From Strigamia acuminata (taxonomy: Eukaryota), in assembly GCA_949358305.1 (NCBI GenBank), contig OX442314.1, forward strand, positions 16,678,001 through 16,742,000: a stretch of 64,000 nucleotides of DNA, in the 5' to 3' direction. The notes beneath the pieces were generated by a model. The model ran no database searches and was not told where the DNA came from. It was given only the letters and a program-made list of their open reading frames with translations. The stretch's first letter is position 1, and each line of letters opens with the position of its first letter. Of the stretch, positions 43,401-55,400 are shown piece after piece. The position numbers and the translations under genes are program-made.

Positions 43401-46400
43401 GGTCACATGACTCATGTTTACCTGGTCGCTACTTTTATCCATAATCCACACTTCTCATACCTCTTTCAACGAGTTAACACCTCTTAGATTGAATTGAGTT
43501 TGTCAATCTTTATTTTGCGCTTTAACACGCGCCCCTTCTAATTTAACACTTAATAGCGCCTCTTTTTGCCCACCTTTTATCCCTTCGCATGCCTGTGACA
43601 TCCTATGCCCACCCGCATACGAATATCACTGCGCATACTCATTCTTTTTAAACGTAAAGACCCACAACGTGAGATTGAGCCCGTCGAATATAAATAATGT
43701 GTGTTACAGCGAGTTAGGTTTATTCACCGTCCGATATCCGCATATGACGATGGCACAAACAGAGTGAATCTACGAACTTTGCCCGCTGATTTGCGCTAAC
43801 ATCACCTTGCGCGTAAATTCAGATCAAATCAATTAAACATCTAAGTTGATTCGTAACAAACATGGCGAGCCTGACAGGATTCGCTCTCACCTATAAGGCT
43901 TAAACGCGCGAAAAGGTTAGTTTTTTGAGTTATTTATTTAATCATTTCACATTTTCTTCATCATGTCGAGACAGTTGGGAGGTGACGGAATTCGTCCCGT
44001 CACGCGCGATCCATTTGATTTCAGTGAGTTAGAAATGGAGCAGGAATGGCAACAGTCCGAACGGAGGAGTGGTGTTCGCCAGGAAGAGGAAAGGGAATTT
44101 CGAGAGTGGCAGCAACACGACCAATTACGAAGAAGTCGTATCGAACAACAGGAAACGCTTGTGAGTATTGCGCAACAACAGCCAGCCCCATCAAATCATA
44201 TCATGACAATGGCTGTTGCAAATTCACGAGCGCAACCTCAAGTAAATTTTGCCACGTCAACACCCGCTAACTTTTTGGCGGCGCCATCTTTTTTCGATTC
44301 GACTCAGCCTAGAGCATTAGTAGACCCCGTCACATTAAATACGGAAGGTTTGCTGATGTCCGACTTGCGCAACCAATACTATGCTCAAACACGAGGTCTA
44401 GTAAATGAGATTCGCGAAATATTCCAACAAGGCCCTCGCTCTCTACGAACAGGGACCGCACGGTCTCTAGACGGTGGATCCTCGCATGGCTCCATAAGAG
44501 TTAAAGGCACCTCGGCACCATATGATTTAGGACTTCCCACAGCATGTCCGCACCAGCAACGGGAAGTTGAACATCGAGGCCAGCAGACGAAAATGTCCGC
44601 GCAGGCTGCGCAAATTGTTTACACAACAACCACGCCGCCAATGCCGACGATGGCAACGATCTATACCCAGGCTCCATCACAGGAATCTGCTCATTTGGAC
44701 CATTCAACACGAGCAAATCGAGATTTAATGAGCTCGATGCTATACTCCAAGATGGGATATCCTCGGGATAGATCCGACACCAAGGCAAAGTTGTCACTGC
44801 CGTCAGTAAGAGCGCAACACGCAAGTAAAGATAAAAATTGTTTCAAGCCTGGAAAACCACCTTTGTTTGATCCAGATAAAGCCGATCTTGATTACATTAA
44901 TCTTTTTCTTGCGCATTTGTACGCGCACATGTATTCTATGCAGGCCCCGGTGGATGAATATTTAAAAGTATTTGTCATTCAAGCAACGCGTGGAAGAGCG
45001 CAGCGATGGTGGTTATCACTAAAACCAAAACCAAAAACATGGGAGGACTTTGAGATACTATTTCGACGAGCTTTCGCCATGAATTCGGCAGCGGCCAATG
45101 TGAAGCTATCCAAGCGAAAGCAACGAAATGGAGAGTCTACGATGTCATTTTTAAGTGAGATTGTATATTATCTTCAGGTTGCAGGATATACCGACCCAGA
45201 GCTCCAATGGGAGAAAGCTCAGAACATGATGCAAACCGAAGTTGTTCATCTCTTGCGCGCATGGAACGTAAACTCGCTGGACGAGGCGATCCAAAGAGGT
45301 AATGACATCGACAATCGTCTACAGCTGGACACCATTCGAGCAGACGAATACAAAGATCTGGGTATGGCTGATCAACGAATGCCCTCTCTGCGTGATGCGC
45401 AACGCCCCACAGTGCTCAAGGCTGCGGAGAAGTCCAAAGGAGACGATAATGTCAAATCTCTCGTGTCCCAGGACGTCAAACGTTTTGCGAGGTATCGAAA
45501 ACAATTCTTAATCGAGTTAGCTGCAGTGCAGGCGAGACCAGAACAATCTCCACCTGCGCAGGAACCCGATACGAGTAGTAGTAGCAGCGACACGGATGCT
45601 GAACCTGAAATTAAGAAGAGCACAGTCGCCGAGGCGGCTCAGAAGGCAACAATTAAAATAAATTTAGCTACTCTGACACCTCCAGCAGACGTCCCAAAGG
45701 ACCATGTGTGCTCTACGTCAATTGTCACGTTTCCACCAGCGCCAAAACCACCATTAACTGTCAAATGTCCTGAGAAAGGCACAGCCTGGAGGAAAACACC
45801 GAAGGATTGGTGGTATTTGGTAGATACAGCAACTTGGCATCCGTTGTGCCCCATATGTTACCAGCCATTTAGGAGACCGGAAAACTCCGAAGGCCTGAAG
45901 TTCGGGAAGCCGGTGGAACCAGGCCGCAAATGAGTCGACCGGCCCTTCGCGCAAAACGTCTGAAATCCAAACGACGCGCTTCACCTTTAATTAACTTGAA
46001 AGAGGACGATCCTTCACAGGTTAATTCAACAACATCTCCTACTGTTATTACTCTTTCAGAGTATAAACCTGTAAGTAGTGTTATTTCTTCATCATCTTCC
46101 ATCATCACCTCAGCTACAAAGGCGTCAGATCTGCAGACTGCCGTTCCTGAAGCTGTAAAGGACGAATTGCCGAAATTAACAGATTTGCAACCTGTAATTT
46201 CGAAGAAAAACCCGAAAGTGACAATAGTGAGTAAAATTACTAAAACTTTACCAATAATTAAGTCTACTTCCAGTGCAACAACGACTGAGGCTCCAAAGGA
46301 AGTGATCTCTCCTATGAAGGTATCTTTCGTAATGTTAACGCCAGAGGAACTTAAAGAAACTCAAGAACCCATCATTGAGATAACGCGCGGGGATCGTTTG

Positions 46401-49400
46401 TGCAAGAAAGCACCTTGCGTAAAGATTTCCTGGGCTAATGTAGCTTGTACTGCGCTTCTAGACTCAGGCGCACAAACGTGTGTAATGAGTGAGGACGTGT
46501 TCCAACAACTACACGAAAAAATGGGTTTGGACTTTGTGAATCTCCACGAGCGGGTGCAGGTCGCGTCTGGTGACATAGTGGATTCCACCAAATCGATGCA
46601 GCTCGCTTTGCGCGCCCCAATAGGCATAATAAAATTCATTTGCATGGTTTTACCCGATGCCAAAATGGATATGCTCCTTGGACGTGATTTCTGCACAGCG
46701 GCCGGAATCGACATCGACCATGCGAGACAACAGTGGAGCATGGTGGGCTCAAATGAGATTCGCAAATTCATGACTTATGAAGAAGCAAAAAAGTCAGAGT
46801 CAATTCTGGTTTTGCCATTTGCGCCGGAAGAAACGCAGGATCCATCCAACCCACCGGCGGCCATTAGTGAGATCGTTCCGACGAAAATACTAAGGAAACC
46901 GGATCCGGTGAGTGAAATTAACTGCCTCCTCCTGGCGCATAGACCCTTGCAACAAGAAATATTCGAGTATCCACATGACGATGCGCAGTATCGAGTTAAA
47001 CAAGTTCGACATCGTGCGCAACGCAAATGGTCGAATATTTGGTCCCCAAAGAGGAAAGAAACTTCTAAAATTTCCTCCAATTTAAAAAAGACAATTTTAC
47101 GTAAATTAACTTTGAGTCAGTTCCGACGATTACGACGTTTACGACGAAAAATCAATGTTATTCGTCCAATTGCCAAACAACTCGTTGCGCAACGTGCTAA
47201 AGACATCAATGCCAAGAAGGAGTCGAAAATCAACATCTTTTCGATTGCGCAACCTGACAATGGTGGGAATAACTCTAAAATGAACATTAATGACATTAAT
47301 TTTTTGCAGTACCAACCTAGTGGAGATCCGACCGATTTAGATTGGATTTACCACCAGTTGTGGAACCAATTGACAGTGCCACAGATAAAACTATTAATCA
47401 AAACATTGCAGCCCATTTCGCAAATCTTTCGCGAAGAAATTGGTTTATGTAATAACACCGAGTACGAGGTGAACCTGAAACCGGATTTTCGTCCAATTCA
47501 TGTCCCTGTGCGCCCGGTGAACCCTGCGAAAAAGGCGATAATTGATAAATATATCGACAAAAAGCTGCAGCAAGGTATTATTCGGCGATCCCAAAGTGAT
47601 TGCGCTGTTGCTCCAGTCGTCGTACCCAAGAAGACAGGTGAATGGAGAACTGCTATGGATTTTCGCCCCATTAATGCGCAAACAATTCCGGACGTTTACC
47701 CCCTTCCGGACATTGATAACATCTTTGCATATTTGGGAGGTGCGCATTGGTTTTCGATAATCGACGGACGCGAAGCTTTCCATCAGATCGGCGTGCGCAA
47801 AGGTGACGAACGGTATTTAGCTTTTATAACACATCGAGGTTTATTCGAATATGTGCGCATGCCTTTCGGACCTATCAACGGACCCGCTACCCTCCAACGA
47901 GCGATGAATAAGACTCTTGCGAAATATCTTTACAAATTTGTATTTGTGTATATTGATGACGTGATTATTTTTAGCCGAACTTTCGAGGAACACGTGCAAC
48001 ATTTGCGCCTCGTTTTAGAGGAATTGTTCAACGCTGGATTCACCATGAACGCCAACAAGACTGAGCTTTGTCAAAAAAGACTCGAGGTTTTGGGACACAT
48101 CGTGGAATCTGGCCAGATTACACCAAATCCAAAGAAAGTGGTTGCTATTCAAAATTATCCTGCGCCAACCAATTTGCGCGAATTACAACGATTTAAGGGC
48201 ATGGTAGGTTATTACCAATCATTCATTGCAAATTTTTCTAAAATTAGCGAAGTTTTCCGACCATTGCTTAAAAAGGACGCAACTTGGATTTGGACAGATG
48301 CGCAGCAATTGGCGTTCGAATATCTGAAAGACCAGATTGCGATACCAACACTGAAAAGACGTTTTCCCAGTTGGAAAAAACCATTTATACTGCAGACCGA
48401 TGCTAGTTATTCTGGATTAGGTGCTGCTTTAATGCAACTTAACGATGAAGGTGTGAGAATTCCAATCGCATTTGCCTCTCGCGCATTAAACAGCGCTGAA
48501 AAGAACTATAAAGTAACCGAAATCGAATGTTTGGCCGCGGTTTGGGGTGTCAAACGCTTTCGTGCATACCTCGAGATGATGCCATTCTACCTCGAGAGCG
48601 ACCATCAATCTCTTAAGTGGTTATTTCAGCAAAGGGAACCAACTGGACGTTTGGCCCGTTGGGTGCTATCGTTAAGTGATTATAAATTCACGTTTTTGCA
48701 CTGTTCAGGATGCAAAAATAAGGTAGCGGATGCACTAAGTCGAGCTCCTGTCGACCCACCTGAAGTCGATGATGAGGATGATAGCCCGGAGGTCGACGAG
48801 GCGTGTTACCTTGCCTATTTTGATGATTGCAACGAGTGGCCGGCACTTAATATCATCAAGGAATTGCCAAAAGACATTAATTTGCAGTTTCGAAAGTTGT
48901 TTAAATCTACATTTAAAAAAGTGCCTCTCATTGCAGCATCTTCACCGACTAAGAAGAAAAATAAGAAAAAATCTCTTATTCCTCGACCAACTGGTAAAGG
49001 GAAAGTGACTGGAAATGCGCCGACTTCGGGTGCGCAAATTCCATCTTCTACTGGCGTAGCTACTCCTCCAACGAGGGCACCGCCGGTTACAATCCCTCCA
49101 GTTGCACTAACGCCAATTGTGCAACCAACTGCAACACCAAATGCATCAATTCCAGTTGCGCAACCAACCTCACAAGTGAGAACTCCTAATTTATCACCAG
49201 TTCGTGTTTCAGTGCCTTTACGAACCCGCCGACAGCGCTCTTTAATCCCAATTCTGATAAAGAAACGAGGAAGACCACGTAAAATTGATATTGTACCAAT
49301 TTTATCTCCTCATGCTAAACGAGCAATAGCCACACGAACTCGGGCTAGATTAAAGGATCCATCTTTGATTCCTAAATCACCACCATGGCTACCACCCAGG

Positions 49401-52400
49401 TATGCGGGAACTATTAAAAAGTGGACATTTCCAAAGTTATTGAAATCACAGCAAGTAGGAAAGTTGAAGGCAGTGCGACGTAAATCCGCTATTCCTTCCC
49501 ATGTGGTGAAACCCAAATCTAAATCAGTTTTAATTCCACCACCCTTACCTATTCCTACCCCTCCTGCAACTCCAATATCCACTCCTATTCCTAGTTCCAT
49601 TCCTCCTTCGGCAATTATTCCAACCAGAATTCCTGCGCCAATAAATCCGTCTAGTTTTAGAAAAAAGACTGCTTCGGCACCATCACAATTGCCGACACCT
49701 GGAACTTTGGTGGATAAAATACGACGAAATTTCCGTCGAATCACTGGAGTCCCCGCACCAATAATTCAACCTGATAGCCACCGAAGGCCTACTACTAAAC
49801 CTTCTCCTGAAATTCCAAATTTACCAACTCCTTCCCCAACTCCTTCAATTCCTATCACTGATTTTCCTATTATTTCTCCGCGTCAACATTCTGAACCAGT
49901 GATGTATGACGATGCGGCGGGACCATCAGGACAGCAGAGGCCAGAGGGATATACTTCGGACCCGGATTCTGACTCTACATCATCTGAAGACAGTTTTGGA
50001 CCCATTCGTGACATGTCGCCACCAACGAGGAATTATTATGCGCCCCCAACATCAGCGCGAAGAACTCCATCGAGATTGCGTCCGCGACGGGAAAGGACAG
50101 TAATTGAAGATTCGAGGACTGAAGCAGAGAAGCAAGCCGAATTGGAGCACGATCCACCAATCGAACATCCTCCGTTCGAGCTGTTGCCTACTGCTGCTGA
50201 AATCATTGCGGCGCAAAGACAGGATCCCTGGTCGCGTGAGTTGATATTTTATTTAACTGCCCAAATGTTACCACTTGATCCAGATGAGGCTGCCAAAATT
50301 GTGGCTGACGCGCAAGATTTCGGCATGTATAAAGAGATGTTATGTCGCTTCCCTCCTGTCCATATTAATGAAATTAGAAAGAGGCGCCAAATATATCTCC
50401 CATTTGAACTCAGAGAAAGATATTTCCGCGCAATGCACTATCCTCCCGTAGTTGGACATATGGGGCAAGAACGAACACTCCATCGCATTAAATCGCGCGT
50501 ATTTTGGCCAAAAATGCGCGAAGATATTCGAACATGGATACAGGTTTGCGAAGCGTGTCAAAGAGCTAAACCCCTTAACAGGCTCCCATATGGAAAAATG
50601 ATAATGTCCAGATCGCGTCATCTTTTCTCTGCTATCTACATCGACTATTACGGCAAGAAACCTCGATCCACAGAGGGACATTGCTATGCCTTTGTGATGG
50701 TCGACTCTGCTAGCCGATGGTTAGACGTACGTCTAACCGAAAACTCAAATATAGCCACTACGGTGAAACAAATTCAGAAATTCTGCAAAAGATGGGGTTT
50801 TCCCAAGATAATTATTAGCGATAATGCGCCTGCTTTTCGCTCACCAGAATTTCGTAGCCAAATCCAGCAACTTGGCGCAATAAATAGATATACCGCCGCA
50901 TATCACCCGCAAGGTAATATTGCGGAAAGGCTTAACCAATCATTAAAGAACTGTATATTAGCATATATTGATGATGACCATACTAGATGGGACGTCAACA
51001 TTGGCTATTTCGTGCTCGCGATTAATTCCAGCTACTAAAGACGAGAACTCGGATCCGCCCTGTGATTTGCGCTATTATTCCGGCCGTTCCACGTTGGGAA
51101 ATGTGACTGACAAGGGGAGAGCACCAATAAGCTATCACAGATTGTTATAATATTAAACAAGAAGGATTGTTATATCATGCTGAATGAGACCCTAAAATAA
51201 TTTTATTCCATAGACAGCCAACAATGCAAACAATGAGCTCAAAGTTGGCACTATTTTGTCTGTGTATACATCAAATCTGAGCAATCAGGCCTAGTGTATG
51301 AATACTGTAAACAACAGTTGCTAGGTAAAAAATAGTCCCAAGATCCAAGTTCAATTTTATCATTTGAGATTCAATGATGTCATTTCCTCTTTTGATATCA
51401 CTTGACATATGACATCAGAACTTTGTTCAACAACATGACTGTCTTCATGAAGACAATAATAGTTTGTAGTGGTGGTCCAGTGGTTCAGGCAATGGACTAG
51501 GAATCTTTCCACACAGGTTCAAATCCTGGTGTGTGTGAAAATTTTTTACTTTTATTTTTTAATTTTTTTTAGCAGTAATTTTAATGTTTGTAATTTTATG
51601 TTTGTTAAAAAATTAAAATTAATTAATTAAAGTTTTCTAAAAACAAACATAAAATTACAAACATTAAAATTACTGCTAAAAAAAAATAAAGTAAAAAATT
51701 TTCACACACACCAGGATTTGAACCTGTGTGGAAAGATTCCTAGTCCATTGCCTGAACCACTGGACCACCACTACAAACTATTATTGTCTTCATGAAGACA
51801 GTCATGTTGTTGAACAAAGTTCTGATGTCATATGTCATGTGATATCAAAAGAGGAAATGACATCATTGAATCTCAAATGATAAAATTGAACTTGGATCTT
51901 GGGACTATTTTTTACCTAGCAACTGTTGTTTACAGTATTCATACACTAGGCCTGATTGCTCAGATTTGATGTATACACAGACAAAATAGTGCCAACTTTG
52001 AGCTCATTGTTTGCATTGTTGGCTGTCTATGGAATAAAATTATTTTAGGGTCTCATTCAGCATGATATAACAATCCTTCTTGTTTAATATTATAACAATC
52101 TGTGATAGCTTATTGGTGCTCTCCCCTTGTGAGCAAGAAATGGCAAACTTAACTCGTGCACATAATGAAGCAATCGCCCAGTGTCGTTCCAGCACTCCAC
52201 CAGTTCGGGACAACGAATCGAGTTTCAGCGTAACCCCGTCCATCTGTGGAGTGGCCCATGAGATTTTTGCAGAAACACCAGCTGCGCAGGTCCAAGATGT
52301 CCGAAAGTTGGAGCGGAAAATGGCCGATCCACGGTTGTCCAATGTTCCGTCCACGCAGCAACCCTGCGGACCACCACTCAGTGCACGACTTCCTCCAGCG

Positions 52401-55400
52401 ATGCGGGAACGATTTGCGCAATCACCACAAAACGCGAATTTATCCGCGACATCTTTCAAATCAACTTCTAATAATAATAATCTCAATTCTAACACAGGTG
52501 CCCGACCGAAGCTTTTAGCAAAGAAAAATGTTCTCGTGACAACTGCGAGTGCTACTCCCACCACGGTAACGGCAGCTAGGGCAACAGAGGCCCCCTCGTG
52601 TTCAACGACGAAAATTTCGAACATTCCAGTGTCGACGCCTGGACCCATCACCTATGCGCAGTTACCATCGCGCAATGTTTCTACGACTACAAAGGCCGCT
52701 TCCACACCGAGTACGATTTCGGTCTCCTCTAGCCAGACTTCGACGCCGCCCCCTCGAGTAGCTTCTACCGAAGCCAGCGCGACTGTTGCCTCTGGTGGGG
52801 CACAGGCTCTTGAAGATATTGCCTCTCATTGCGATCTGGCAGTTGACCGATACGGCGTAACAACGAAACCGGTAAACTCTCTGGAACTAATTCCCGATTT
52901 ATTAGATGAGTTCGAGGTCGAGATTTGTGTAAAGGGGCCAGAGGTGTCTAAGACCCGATTTCATATGGAACGTAAAGGGTGGATTGCGCTTTTAGAACAT
53001 ATGATGGACAAAGATTTTGAGATACTTCGTGTGGATTTCCGTAACATTCATGGTCAGATGAAGACTCGTATTCGCGATATGGCTGCTCAGGTATTGAGGC
53101 GGATGTCGGAGTGCGATATCTACGATCATGATGGCGTTCTGGAGCAATTGATTTGGATCATGCATGAGGAGATCTCGCGCATGATCTATCACATTCGGCG
53201 CCGTCGTGACTACGAGCGAATGACCACCGAGCAACGTCAACGGGAGTACGAGCAGAAACATGCGGCGGAAAAAGCACGCGTTGCCGAGATCCATCGTGTT
53301 GAGGAAGAAAAGAAAGCGATCCAGGAGGCTAAGGAAGCGGAAGAAAAGCGATGCGCTGAGGAAACTCGTTTAAACGAATTGCGAGAGATGCTTCAAACTT
53401 CAGCTCACCATCACGAATTTGCGCCATCCATTCCACCAGGTCCGGGTTTCTCGGGTTGGGACGATGCCCCACCCACAATTACTTTGGAACTTTTGCCTAG
53501 CTTGATGTCTCCAGCAGCTATTATCTGCAACTTTGCTAACGGTCGAGGTGAGTGCCTTCAATTTGGAATGTCGACACAAGCGCAACGACAACTTTTCCGT
53601 TCCCTCGCCGTTGCTGATTTGCGCATGCCTTTGGCCGAGGCAAATCCGTTATTAAATCTGTTGTATCGACGATATGGAGAGTTATTTCTCGACCATTGTC
53701 GGAACGAGATTAACCGACGAGGTGCAGTTAACTTTCATGATGCGCAGCGCATAGTGGTGGAAATTGCGCTCAATATGATTAAATATTTCCGAATTCCTCG
53801 TCATCGCGAAATCTTGGAAAAGGATTTCGAACAACAATCCTAAACGTGACTTTGTGCGCAAGTTTTTTGCAAATTGAAGTCAGGAGATCGCATCGGTGGG
53901 CGTTTCGTAAAATTCCTCCGCTTCGGCGTTGAGTTGAAGGACTTGATACGAGGATCCTGGTGATTTGCGAAGACTTTGTGCGCACTTCAACCTACCATTC
54001 ATCATTATTTTGTGTTTTCATCATATTTTCATCTCTAATTGTGTCCAAAATGCGCCGCCAGATCGTGGATCTCTGGTAAATGCCCTAATAAAACATCTCC
54101 GCATTTGTGCGTTGAGTTTGGGCCGGCCTGCATTCCAATATCTACATGGTATCCACAAAACTTTATCATCTTTAAATCTTCATCATTTTTCCGTTCCGCC
54201 ATGCGATTCCATTGATGAGGCGCTCCGTAAAACATCTCTCGAGTTGGAGGACTTGATGGAACGAGCTTGGGCAGCGGTAATGTGTCGATTTGAAGAACAA
54301 ATAATTATTATTAGTGTTTCATCATAAATGTTATTATTTTTGCGCAAGTTTTCTATTGTGATAATCCTCACTGATAATTTATATTTTATTTAATTATTTT
54401 TACGTTTTTAGTGCTTTAGAATCGGACAATTAGATTTTTAGTACTACAATTATATTTTATTTAAGTGCAATTATGATTTCGATAATTTTCTAGTCATATT
54501 ATTGAAATATTTATTCTAGTTTAATGATTTTGATATTTTTTTTGTGCTATAATCATTCCAGAATTATCTTCATTTAATTATGATAATTTCTTCCGAAGCT
54601 TAGGAATTTAATTTCGTTTAATTTTTATTTCCATTGTTATTTTTAGCGCAATTATTCTGGAATGATTCAAGTCAGTATTCAATGTTTTCATTTATTTAAT
54701 GAATGTTTTTTCTATGGATATTTAGCATTTAATCAAGATTATTGTGATACTTTTTTGACCCTTCATTTAATTTTGTGATATTTTCTGATCAACATATTTA
54801 ATTCCGTGGCAATACGAGTAGTATTGTGCGCGCGGGTATTTGTTATGTTTTATAATATTTTATATGTTTCTATTTTCCATTTCATTCATAGAATTAATAA
54901 CCTAAATTATCCTTGCGCAAAGTTTCGCGCATCCATTTAAAAGTTCCTAATTAATCTGAAATCATACTTACCTTATGCAGGTTGCATAATTTTGTACCTT
55001 ACCTTTATTTTGTATTTGTTTTGCGCAATTACGCGCATCCTACCATAACATAAATACCCAATTTGATATTAATAAATCCCAACCTGATTCTTGATAATTC
55101 TCATGTGTCGGCTCTTTATTTTTGTTTAATTTAAAATTGTTTATTCGATGATTTTTATACAGAAAGCAGAAGTTTGTTTATACAAAAAAGTAAAAGTGTT
55201 TAAAATTTTTTATTTCATAAATTGTTTGGGTAAAGTGTATAGACTCTCGTCCGTCCTAGGTATTGTCGGCCCCTTTAGGTTTAGCGTTCGCCCTCCTTGT
55301 GTCGTCCCTGTTCGTCTTGTGATTTCGAGTAGAATGATTTAAAATTTACCATTGTGACTTTCCAAAAATCTTAGTTTAAATTTATTTTCAAAAGCCATGG

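Larger units (their letters stand above)
51111..52129. mobile_element. 1019-bp foldback (near-perfect palindrome) element inserted in the Gypsy
   Basis: Arms at about 51111-51606 and 51642-52129 are reverse complements apart from a small indel and a substitution. Ends CAAGGGGAGAG/CTCTCCCCTTG; 3-bp TSD TGA. Confidence 0.93.

Noticed and set aside
51466..51540. Functional tRNA gene
   Set aside because: The acceptor stem cannot pair and the anticodon stem is weak; treated as tRNA-derived.
52080..54327. env gene call for Gypsy ORF3/ORF4
   Set aside because: The hydrophobic start of the listed 587-aa ORF comes from the foldback arm, and no TM anchor is visible. The 120-aa ORF 53965-54327 lacks an ATG start and recognisable motifs.
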